DNA from: the human T2T-CHM13v2.0 reference genome, Homo sapiens
Assembly: GCF_009914755.1 (NCBI RefSeq)
Contig: NC_060940.1
Direction: 5' to 3' (one strand)
DNA: 64,000 nucleotides
Below are positions 52,823 through 64,000 of the stretch, one piece after another. The stretch's first letter is position 1, and each line of letters starts with the position of its first letter. Below the pieces are notes generated by a model that saw only the letters and a program-made list of their open reading frames with translations, searched no databases and had not been told where the DNA came from. Both the position numbers and the translations under genes were made by a program.

Positions 52823-53260
52823 TCTCTTTATTTTCTGTTCTCATAATGCAAATAATCATGTGAAAATTTTGAGATTCGTTATTTTACAGCCAGGTAATTA
52901 CACTCAAGTTGATTAGTGATTAGGATTGTCAGGGACTTTAGAAAAAAGCAACATTACAGATGCATGTGTTTAATTAAAAAAGAATTATTTTTAGTTTAAT
53001 TCTTAAGACAATTATGCTACAAATTCTGTGAAGCAGATGAGCAAGTAGTTGCAGGATTTACCACTTAAAAGCAGGTAAACTAAAGGTTAGCAACTTACCA
53101 ATTATCAAGGACCACTGCCCCTTGCCTCCAGAAAATCTACCCTGTTACTTCTAGACCCTTTCTGCACTCCTTACTGAATAAAGGCCCGACTCTAAGGGCA
53201 GGGAACTTCAGTACATGGATGCCTCTCTCAGGGAACTGGTTTTGCCTGGCAGCACGTTAC

Positions 53261-53442
53261 CTGCCTCTGCAGCGAGGCGGCAGGGAAGGGTGCGTGCCCT
53301 TTCATGACCTTCATGAGCAGCGTGATCCACTGCGGGGAGCTGAGGGCGCCGCACACCTGCGGCGTGAGAGCGATGCTCCGCACAAACCCCAGCATGCACC
53401 AGCTCCGGTGTTGCTCCCTGTACACCAGCCTGTTTGGAGAAG
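53261..53442 (-). pseudogene. HERC2: HERC2-like exon (~39), 182 bp
   Basis: AG/GT flanks; SPNRLVYREQHRSWCMLGFVRSIALTPQVCGALSSPQWITLL...LQRQ. Confidence 0.92.
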
Positions 53443-53649
53443 CTGCGGGAGGGAAAATAGACATGCTTGGTAACAAGTCCCTAAAGACAAATCCCTAAAG
53501 ATAAATCCTTATTTTTTTATCAACTTATTTTATTTTCTACAATAAGCTCCTTTAAAATATATTGCAGTTTGTAAATTAATTCAAACTAATTCAAAGTGAG
53601 AAGTGCAAGAAGGCTTTTAAGGTAGTTCAAGAAACATTTCCGCATTTTT

Positions 53650-53785
53650 CTTTTTTTTTTTTTTTTGTTTTTTTTTTTTTTAAGAGATGGGCCCTGCCCT
53701 CACTACGTTGCCCAGGCTGGTCTAAAACTCCTTCAAGTGATTCTCCTGCCTTGCCCTGCTGAATAGCTGAGACTACAGGTATTTT
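53650..53785 (-). mobile_element. Degenerate Alu monomer
   Basis: Poly-T, then gttgcccaggctggtct...tagctgagactacagg. Confidence 0.65.
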
Positions 53786-54269
53786 TAAAACCTTCTAAGT
53801 ATGTGTAGTAAAAGTAGTTAGGGAATTTTAGCTATGTATTGTTTCTAGGCAATAAGAAAATGATCTATAATTCAAATAGCAGTAATTTGCAACAGTGTAT
53901 CTACTGTATTTTTAATTTTGTGTTTTAAATATCTCCACAATCTTGCTTATATTTAATCTGCACCACTTAAATACTTTTTTTGCATTTTTAGTAGAGACAG
54001 TTTCCAATCCAAGTTTAATACATCTGCATTAACAAAATGAGTTTTTCACTAGGTTTACACCATTGGATTCTGGCACCAGTGGGCCCACCTCTGCTCCGCC
54101 TGGCTCCAGGACTCCATTACTCCCTGAATGGAGGCTGAGGCTTGGAGGCTGGGCCCCCCTAAGGGACCCCGCCCACAGCCCCACAGGACCTGCTCTCGCC
54201 TCCCACCTCCCACCCGCCCACCTCCCCCGCCCTCAGCTATCCAAGCTTTTGAGGACACCTGCCTTCTTT

Positions 54270-55290
54270 CAGCATACTCACATGCGCTCACACACACACA
54301 CTCTCACACCCTCACATGCATCCTCACACCCACACCCATACTAAGTTATTCAGACACACTCATGGGCACTCACACACCCACCCTCACACAGGTGCACTCA
54401 CACCACTGTCGCAATCACTAACACACACACAATCCCAGTCACACGTATGCACACACAACCTAAGATGCAATCTGACACACACTCCTATGCACTCTCACAT
54501 ACACTTACCCCTCCCACTGCATACAAAAACTCACATATGCACTCACACTCAACACTAGTCACAACCGATTCCTCACCCACTCACACCTTTACCCACTTTC
54601 TCACTTTACACTCACACCTACACCCACTTTCTCACTTTACACTCACACCTACACTGTTACCTCCCACTGACACAAGCAAAATGCTCACATTCGCTCACAC
54701 GCCTTCACAATAACGTCACTCGTGCTCACACTGATTCAAGGCACTCATACACATTTACACAAATGCTCACAATCGCACACTTACACTTGTGCTGCCACCC
54801 ATACTTCCTCACACTCATCAAGCCTCACTGACTTACACTTCATCTCATTGGCACACCCAGTAATCCCCTCACACTCACACTCATGCCTCCCTCGTGCTCA
54901 CCCTCACACACACACTGGCTCAATGCACTGACGCTTTCACTCCCACTTCACCTGACTGTAGTCACCTGCCCACTCACATGCTGTCACGGACATACACACC
55001 ACTCACATAAATGCATGCATACATACACCCACACAACCACATGCTACAAACACACTGTCACACTTGCAACACAAACGCTCAGCCACTTGCCCATCAACCG
55101 CTAACACACTCTCACCAATATGTGCAGATGCTCCAGCACACCACTAATACATGCATGTTCTCACACACACTGGAGCACACCCACATACCCACCCACACTC
55201 ACATGTGCTCACTCTCAGTCGCATGCACACTCACCCCACTTCCTCAGCTCACATTTCTCATACTTATTCTCCACACACACAAACACTTTA
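54270..55290 (+). repeat. ~1-kb degenerate CA-rich (CACACT) low-complexity tract
   Basis: Seen directly; produces His/Thr-rich spurious ORFs. Confidence 0.92.
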
Positions 55291-56090
55291 TGGATTAAAC
55301 TGTGCCTGTCCCCCAACTTCACATACATTCGGAACTCAGAATATGATCTTATTTAATGAGGTCTCTGTAGACGTCCTTAAGGTAAGAATTTAGGTGACAT
55401 CATGTTGGATTAGAGTCAAAGAAGCTCAATGAAAGAGTCCTTTCAGAGACAGAAAAGGACATGCAGAACACAGGGGCAGGGGCCATGTGAAGACGCAGGC
55501 CTCTGAGACTGGCACAATGCGTCCCCACACCAGGGAAGCCTGGAGCTCCCAGAAGCTGGATAAGGTAAGGAAGGACCTTCCCCTAGAGCCTGTGAAGGGA
55601 GCATGGCCCTGCCCGCACCTGGATTTGGGACTTCTGGTCTCCAGAACTCTGAGAGAACAAATTTGTTGTTTGAAGCCAGTGTTATGGGTTGAATTCAGAA
55701 TTGCAAAATTCGTATGTTGAAGCCCTAACCCCTACCATACCTCGGCAGGTGACCTTGTTTGGAAATAGGGCCGCTGCAGATGTAATCAGTTTGATGAGGT
55801 TGAATGATGTCCTTATGAAAAGGGGAGATTTGGAGGTGACTCACACACAGGGAGAATGCCATGTGAAGATGATGGCAGAGATCAGGGTGACCCCTCTACA
55901 AGCCGAGGAACGCTAAAGAGGCCAGCAAACTCCAGAAGCTGGGGCAGAGCCCTGAAGCAGCTTCTCCCTCACAGCCCCAGAAGGAACCACCCTTGATCTC
56001 AGTCTTCCAACCACCAGAATCATGAGAATTTCTACTGCGTAAGCCCCCAAGTTTGTAGTACTTTGTTACAGCAGCCACAGGAAATGAATC
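55290..56090 (+). mobile_element. Two adjacent MLT1-type MaLR LTRs (~55290-55680 and ~55680-56090)
   Basis: Each has ccatgtgaaga...ccagaagctgg; the second ends tttgttacagcagccacaggaaatgaat. Confidence 0.72.
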
Positions 56091-56186
56091 CACACACATC
56101 CACACCCACCCACATGCACACCCGGACACGACAAGCGTGCGGCCCCCAGCGCTGACTCCCTGGGCCCTCAATCTCTCATTCCATGC

Positions 56187-56369
56187 GTGTCTTGTCCGTC
56201 GTTCCGCTTTCCACTAATATTTGCAGCAGTCCGCATAAAGTCTTGGTGGCTTCGCTCTGCATGATCTCAGCATGAACTCTGGCAGGCAGACAAAGAGTCT
56301 GCAGTAAGTTAATAGTGCTGGTAAACATCATTGTAGTGGGGTGAATGTTCCTTTCAGTTTGTTCAGCTT
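56187..56369 (-). pseudogene. HERC2: HERC2-like exon (~38), 183 bp, GC donor
   Basis: EAEQTERNIHPTTMMFTSTINLLQTLCL...ESGTTDKT; intron starts GCATGG. Confidence 0.9.
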
Positions 56370-57076
56370 CTAAAAAAAATAATCAAAATAACAAATTATA
56401 TTGGCAGCCCCAGCCTCTTGGATGGTCTTACCAAGCCCAGCCATGTGAAGCTTCGCATGTCTTTTAGGAACAGCTAAGAAATGTCATGAAACCTCCTCCC
56501 ACAACCTGGATCTCCACAGATAGGATCTAGCTTTCTTGGTCCACCCCTAAATTCTCACCTCTGCTTCCCTAGAAGCAATAAAGTGCTGACTAACTCCACA
56601 TTACTTGAAGAGTTCAGAGTCAGGGACCGCAGAGGAAAGGTAAAGACAGGTGGCAGGTTGGGTGTGCTCAGGCGGGGGCTCTCACTGGAGGAGGAGGCAA
56701 TGGACCGAGACCGCAGGGCAATTCCACCAGGCCTCGGCTCACTCGCTCAGATGCAGGCTCAGCACCAACCACATGAGACTCACTGGTGGTGCAGCTGCCC
56801 CGACCTGGCCACCACATTCTCAAAGAGGGGCAGGTGCACACGTGAGAGGAAAATGCAGAAAGTCAGTTCCAGACAGATCGCCGGATCCCACAGCCACTCC
56901 ATGCACCTGCATCGGAGGTGCCTGGGAGCTTATTTAAATGGCAGGTTCCGAGGACAGAGTGCCAGCTGCAGGTGCGTCCTGACATCCCATTCTAAGGCCC
57001 AGATGGCAGTGGTGGCAGCCAGCACCTGGACAGTTTGTGGGCTGCCTTGGACTAAAGGCCTTCCTGAGTCACCCAC

Positions 57077-57269
57077 CAGAGTCGTCCTCTGTGTCCGAAT
57101 CCTCTGCTGAGGGCTGTGCAGCGGCCGGCAGCTCTGCCAGCTTGAGGTCGTATTTTCCTTCTTTCCCCATCCTGTAGGAGTTGGTGCTGCCCGTGCCCCA
57201 CTGGACTCTTATCCACCCGTCCTCTCCCAGCTCACCAATCACTCGGCCTAGGCCTGGAGGAGGCCCATC
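57077..57269 (-). pseudogene. HERC2: HERC2-like exon (~37), 193 bp, MIB/HERC2 domain
   Basis: AG/GT flanks; [46 protein letters not shown]...DTEDDS. Confidence 0.93.
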
Positions 57270-57290
57270 CTGACAAAGCCCAAGTAGAGA

Positions 57291-57614
57291 TCAGTTAGGA
57301 GGGTGCGTGCCTTGCCCTGGTCCTTCCATGGCTCCCAGCAGACCTCAGTTAGGCGGGTGCGTGCCCTGCCCTGGTCCTTCCATGGCTCCCAGCAGACCTC
57401 AGTTGGGAGGGTGCGTGCCCTGCCCTGGTCCTTCCATGGCTCCCACCAGACCTCAGTTGGGAGGGTGCGTGCCCTGCCCTGGTCCTTCCATGGCTCCCAC
57501 CAGACCTCAGTTAGGAGGGTGCGTGCCCTGCCCTGGTCCTTCCATGGCTCCCACCAGACCTCAGTTAGAAGGGTGCGTGCTCTGTCCTGGTCCTTCCATG
57601 GCTCACACCAGACC
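57291..57614. repeat. 54-bp VNTR, 6 copies
   Basis: tcagtt at 57291, 57345, 57399, 57453, 57507 and 57561; 18-aa periodicity in the ORF track. Confidence 0.96.
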
Positions 57615-58601
57615 TGCCACACAGATGTCGCCATATGCCACCCTGTCTGTCAGGGGCTGTCCCCAGACACAGATTTCACCTCTCCTACAAAATGTGTGCT
57701 TGCATCATTTTAAATTAAATGGCATAAAATAACGTGCTCATGCTGCTTTACCAAGGAAGTAGGGGAAATCTCATCTCAATGAGGATCCTCTGAGTTAATG
57801 CACAGACAGGGCTTTGCAGCAAGTCCTGACCCCTCAATCCCTCACCGGCCTTGCAAGAGCAGAAACCTGAAACAAGTACCAGCACCTGCACATTCCCTTT
57901 TCTTCAGTTTCCTCCGGGCCCCAGGGGGAAGCTCTGTCTCTCACTTCTGTAGGAGAAAGCTGTTTCTAGGATGGATGCTGCTGTCTCCAGACACTGCTAT
58001 TTCTAAGATGACTGTGACAAAGCCGGGGCTTACTAGCGTGGCTGAGAAAAGCTAGACAGACCATGGGAAGGTGAACACTGCCCTAACTTAGCTAGGGCTG
58101 TGGTAAGTGACTTCCACCTGGGGGCACCTGGCAGCGATTTAGAAGACACCTGCGATGAGGGAAAATGGAGACATGGCCACAGGCCCATGAAGTATATCCC
58201 TAACTACTGGGTTCAGGGCACTTCGCAGCACGTGGCCATCAGCTCACAGGGGCAGAATCTGGGCTTCCTGCCTCAGAGCCTTCACTACACCAACTTTCAG
58301 AATGAGATTTACTCTCTTGCTCACTCTCACTCTTGTTCCAGTGACCCATCAAACTGAGCCTCATGCCAGTGAGTTTCCTGAAAAGAGCTGCCTCTCTTTC
58401 CAGACTTGATTCTGCTCAGATGCCCTACTTATGATTCCCTATTTGTGTTCACTCCCTTCAGCAGCTCGGGAACCAACACCTGTGTCATCTATCAACCGAC
58501 ACATCCTGGATTATTCCAATTTCCACCCACCAGTATCGTACAGACCTGTGCAGAAGATAACTAATGTGTGGCTAATGTGTTCACATCAAATCTCTGAGTA
58601 C

Positions 58602-58789
58602 CTGATCGCCCCATTTCCAGTCCACACCTCTCATGACCCTCGTTCCAATCTTCATCGTGGCAGCCAGTTCTGGCCCTGAAACAGGGAGATGCACAGGAGC
58701 CGTTTCCTTCCTTGTTGCTTCCAAAACTGTGGCAGAAGCACCTTGAGCAGAAGCATTCATATCTTCCTCAACATTGTCACAACTGGGGC
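58602..58789 (-). pseudogene. HERC2: HERC2-like exon (~36), 188 bp
   Basis: AG/GT flanks; [23 protein letters not shown]...[26 protein letters not shown]. Confidence 0.92.
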
Positions 58790-59179
58790 CTGACAGAGCA
58801 TCAAAAACAATAGCTGAGCCAACAAGTAGCTACAATGTCCCTTTAATACACACAAAACATTTAAAAAATACTAATGAAGATCATAATGTTTTGAAGAATC
58901 CATACTATATGTTTATCAATATAATACTATGAATATTTTACTGATATACGATAAAAAGAAGATAAACGGAAGGACAAAATACATAAATATCCTAGGAAGA
59001 TATAAAAGATATTAAAATGCTCAGTAAAGCTACTTTCTCTACTTCTAGGAATTACTCCCCCGTAAAAAGCAAAATAACTGAGTTAGAAAGATACTCATCA
59101 CATTTTTTATTAATAGAAAAACAAAGATAACTACCTAAATATCTAACAGTGGGAAACTGACAAACTTTAATCATGGTTC

Positions 59180-59672
59180 TGTGCAGAAGACAGCTAACAG
59201 CTGGCCCGAGATACAACCTCAGACAGGATTGCTGCAGGCTAGCCCTCGGCTGGAGTCTGGATTTCAGGAGGGCTCCCCAATTCCCTAGGTGGTAGTTGTG
59301 GTTCGCTGTGCCTGAATTGACTGTACAAACAACATGGTCTGTGATGAAACCTGCTTTCCTTGTTCTGGAACTTGGTATGCACCAGGCACGGGGTGCCCAT
59401 GTGGTCAGCCCTGATGGAAACCCTGGGCCTGGAGTCTCTACCCAGCTTCCCGGCAGACAGCACTTGACATGGCTCGGTGCCGGGGCAGTTATGCTCGTCC
59501 TGTGTGGATCCTGTGGAAGCTTGTACCTGCTTTCCTCTGGACTTTACACACGTCCTTTTTCATGATTTTGCTCTGTGTCCCTTCACTGTAATAAACTATA
59601 GCCCTGAGTACAACTACATGCTGAGTCTTGTGAGTCCTCCTGGCCAACCATCAAACCTGGAGACCCCTGACA
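59180..59672 (+). mobile_element. ERVL-type LTR (MER68/MER77/MER21-like)
   Basis: gtaataaactatagccctgagtacaactacatgctgagtcttgtgagtcctcct...acccctgaca. Confidence 0.55.
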
Positions 59673-60706
59673 ATTGGTGCCCTGGGTGGCTACAGAGTCA
59701 TCCATAGCATGAAACAGAAGCTGAGCTGCTGTCACCTGAGAGAAGTAAAACTTACCAATGGATTTGAAAATAGGAGAGCTAACCCTAGGAGAGTAGGCTA
59801 GATTTTTAACCCCCCTTTTCTCACTTGCTAAACTGAGAGCGGGTAGGAGTGCGGTTCTGGTAACTCCCTTGATTTTAGTTTTCTCCTCCAGGTGGGAGGG
59901 AAAAAGATCCAAACGGTCCCAAAGGTGGGCTTGGGTGAGCCAAAAAATGTAAAAAGTTTGTGTTTCTCTCTCTTCCAAGAGAGCAAAAAAGGATATTCAA
60001 TTCCCAGGGCTGGAGCAAAACTTTAGATAAACTAGCGGGGGAAACAGCCTTTCCTTTAGCCTAGCCGCTACTTTAGGGCTCCCAGGAAGGGGCCCCAAGG
60101 AAGGGACAGGAGTTGCATTCCAGGTGGATCTCCCAGGATCCCCTGGGCAGCTATACTGTTAACTCTGTAAAGACTGAATTTATTGCTAAGGGCTTGAATA
60201 AATTTGCAACCAAAACTGGGGGAAATTTTTTATTTTACATAGCTTTATGTTTTGTGGCTGTTACATGTGGATGTACACATTAAGCTGGTATAAAATATTA
60301 TATGCTTATAATTTCTTAAATGATAAGAAGGATACCCTGATCAGGGCAAGCTGCAAATATAGACGGATATTCATGAGACACAACTTCCTTGCTTTTTGCA
60401 GCCAGTGGGCCAGATGAAATTTAAACACATGAATACTATCAACAGAACAAGTCCCCATACTTAATGATTTGTGCTGTGATTTTTACTTATTGGAACCTCT
60501 GGGGAAAAAGCAGACAACATAAAAAGGCCATTTCTCGATGGAGATATGCTTCTGTAATTTTTAAATGTAACTTTTGGTTGCTAATGAGGCCTCAAGAAAT
60601 CAGATATAACTCTTACTAGATGATTCTTTTCAGCTGTAATACACATATTAAAATATATATTTAACATAATACAACATATAAATATAATATATAAATTAAA
60701 AAATAA

Positions 60707-61069
<363 letters not shown>

Positions 61070-61663
61070 TGAATGGATTAATGTGAACTCTAAGACTGAT
61101 GTGATTAAAAGAGCTTGGGAAAACCTTGCTTTTTCACTGTGACTTTGACAACGGGCCCTGCAGCATCTCAGTTTTAGCCAAAGAACACCACCATAAACCA
61201 ATCAGATCTAATAGACATATACAGAACATTTCACCAAAAAGAGCAGAATAAACATTATTCTCAAGTATACCACAGAACACTCTCTTAGACTGACCAGACC
61301 ATATGTTAGGCCACAAAGTCTCAAATTTAAACAGACTAAAATCATACAAATTACCTTCTCCAACCAAAATGAAATGATGAGAAATTAATAACAAAAGGAA
61401 AAGTGGAAAATTCACAAGTATATGAAAATTAAACAACACACGGTAAACAATCAGTGGGTCAAAGAAGAAATCACAAGGGAGATTAGAAAATACTATGAGA
61501 TGAATGAAAACACAACATACCAAAACTTCTGTGCTGCGCCAAAAGCAGGGCTAAGACGGGCAATTATACTATAGAAGTCTGCATTCACAGAAGATGATCT
61601 CAAATCAATAACTCTACATCTGGAAGAACTAAAAAAATAAGAACACAATAAAAACCAAAGTTA

Positions 61664-61850
61664 GGCCAGGTGTGGTGCCTCACACCTGTAATCCCAGCAC
61701 TTTGGGAGGTTGAGGCAGGTGGATAACTTGAGCCAAGGAGGTTGAGGCTGCAGTGAGCCATGACTGCGCCACTGTACTTCGGCCTGAGGGACAAAGTAAG
61801 ACCCTGTCTCAAAACAAAGACAAAAAAACAAAAACAAAAACAAAAAAATA
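61664..61850 (+). mobile_element. Alu monomer (FRAM-like) with CA-rich A tail
   Basis: Single arm, tail (caaaaa)n. Confidence 0.75.
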
Positions 61851-61992
61851 CAAAGCAGAAGGAAGGAAACGACAGAGATTAGAGCAGCCATAAATTAAAT
61901 AGGGAATGGAAAAATAATCTACAAAACCAAAAGTTCGGTTTCTGGCAAGAACAAAAAATCTGATAAACTTTCCGCAAATTAAGAAAAAAAGA

Positions 61993-62522
<530 letters not shown>

Positions 62523-62536
62523 TTAAAAATCTTTCA

Positions 62537-62861
<325 letters not shown>

Positions 62862-63879
62862 TTAACTCTACCAAACATTTAAAGCAGAATTGACACCAAT
62901 CCTCAAACTCTTCTAAAAATAGAATATATGGGAACACTACCTAGTTCATTCTATGAGGCCATTATTACCCTGATAACTGTAAAACAATAAAATATTGCTG
63001 AAAGAAATTAAAGAGGACGGAAATAAATGGAAAGACATTCCACATTCAGAGAATGGATGTTAACATTGTTAAGATGGCACTATTCCCCAGAACAATCTAC
63101 AGATTCAATCCCTAGCAAAAATCCCAATGGTCTTTTTTGCAGATATGGAAAAGCCAGCCTTGAAGTTCATATGAAAATTCAGCGGAACCAAAGCAGACAA
63201 AATAATCTTGAGAAAGAAGACACACTTCTCAATTTTAAAACAGTACAAAACTACAATGTTCAAAACAGTGTGGTACCTGCATAATTATCAACATATAGAA
63301 TGTAATAATGTAATTGAGAGTCCAGAAATAAACCTAAATATCTACAGCCAACTGATCTTTGCCAAGGGTACCGAGAACCTCAGGGAAAGAATAGTCCTCA
63401 ACAAGTGGTATTGAAACAATCAGATAATCAAAAGGAAAAGGCTGGACTCTTACCATACACTGTGTAAAAGAAATTACCTAAAAATGGACCAAAGATCTAA
63501 CTATAAGAGCTAAAACTATAAAACTTACGGAAGAAAACATGAGATGAGGATAATCTTCATCAGTCTTGTATTTGGAAATGGCTTTTTGGGTATGATATCA
63601 AAAGCATAGACGACAAAAGAGAAACAGATAAACTAAACTTCATCAAAATAAAAAACTTCTCTATGAAAGGAAATACAATCCAGAGAACAGGAGAAAATAC
63701 CCACAAATGATATATCTGATAAAGGTCTACAGATCTGTGAAGGTCTAGTATACATGAAATTTTTAAAGAGTCTGAGGACTGGTGTTAATTCTTCTTTAAA
63801 TGTTTGGTACACTTACATAGTGCATTTACCGGTACAACAACAAGATGACGACAAATAACCCTATTTAAAAAGGAGAAAG

Positions 63880-64000
63880 GGGCTGGGCGCAGTGGCTCAT
63901 GCCTGTTATCCCAGCACTTTGGGAGGCCAAGGCAGGCAGATCACCTGAGGTCACGAGTTCCAGACCAGCCTGGCCAACATGGCGAAGCCCCATCTCTACT
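63880..64000 (+). mobile_element. AluS left arm (runs off the window)
   Basis: ggctgggcgcagtggctcatgcctg... Confidence 0.9.

Larger units (their letters stand above)
51560..58789 (-). pseudogene. HERC2: Unprocessed partial HERC2 duplicate (HERC2P-type), seven exons, probably 36-42
   Basis: Spliced translation matches recalled HERC2 around the MIB/HERC2 domain, with many substitutions. Exon numbering rests on the recalled 62-bp VNTR at exon/intron 40. Cut off 3' by the L1. Confidence 0.93.

Noticed and set aside
54055-55393. His/Thr-rich ORFs
   Set aside because: Degenerate CA-repeat translations.
57291-57614. CRISPR-like array or 18-aa repeat protein
   Set aside because: Contiguous tandem units with no unique spacers and no cas genes; it is an intronic VNTR whose 54-bp unit keeps frames open.
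51560-58789. Functional HERC2 gene
   Set aside because: Many substitutions relative to recalled HERC2, and no downstream exons: the sequence switches to an L1 and an unrelated duplicon.

Overview
Human/great-ape pericentromeric segmental-duplication DNA, most consistent with the 16p11.2 HERC2-pseudogene cluster (inferred from content, not mapped). I see no intact protein-coding gene, RNA gene or CRISPR array. Positions 1-48895 are a repeat-rich block whose first ~1.37 kb recurs directly 47,526 bp downstream at ~96% identity, implying a ~47.5-kb macro-unit. The unit carries a duplicated KSR1 exon 1 with its CpG island, bracketed by two unusual satellites: a ~20-bp CCGCCGCGGCTTTTTG array (15031-15996) and a TGAAA/TGA array (19161-21350). 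The second unit copy is cut inside an Alu by a TSD-less L1PA2-like fragment, which joins it to a minus-strand HERC2 duplicon. That duplicon has seven consecutive, still in-frame exons (probably 36-42, including the MIB/HERC2 domain) and two VNTRs that multiply splice signals. Most other ORFs in the track are low-complexity, Alu or L1 artefacts. Family names and comparisons to reference proteins are from memory; no database search was run.
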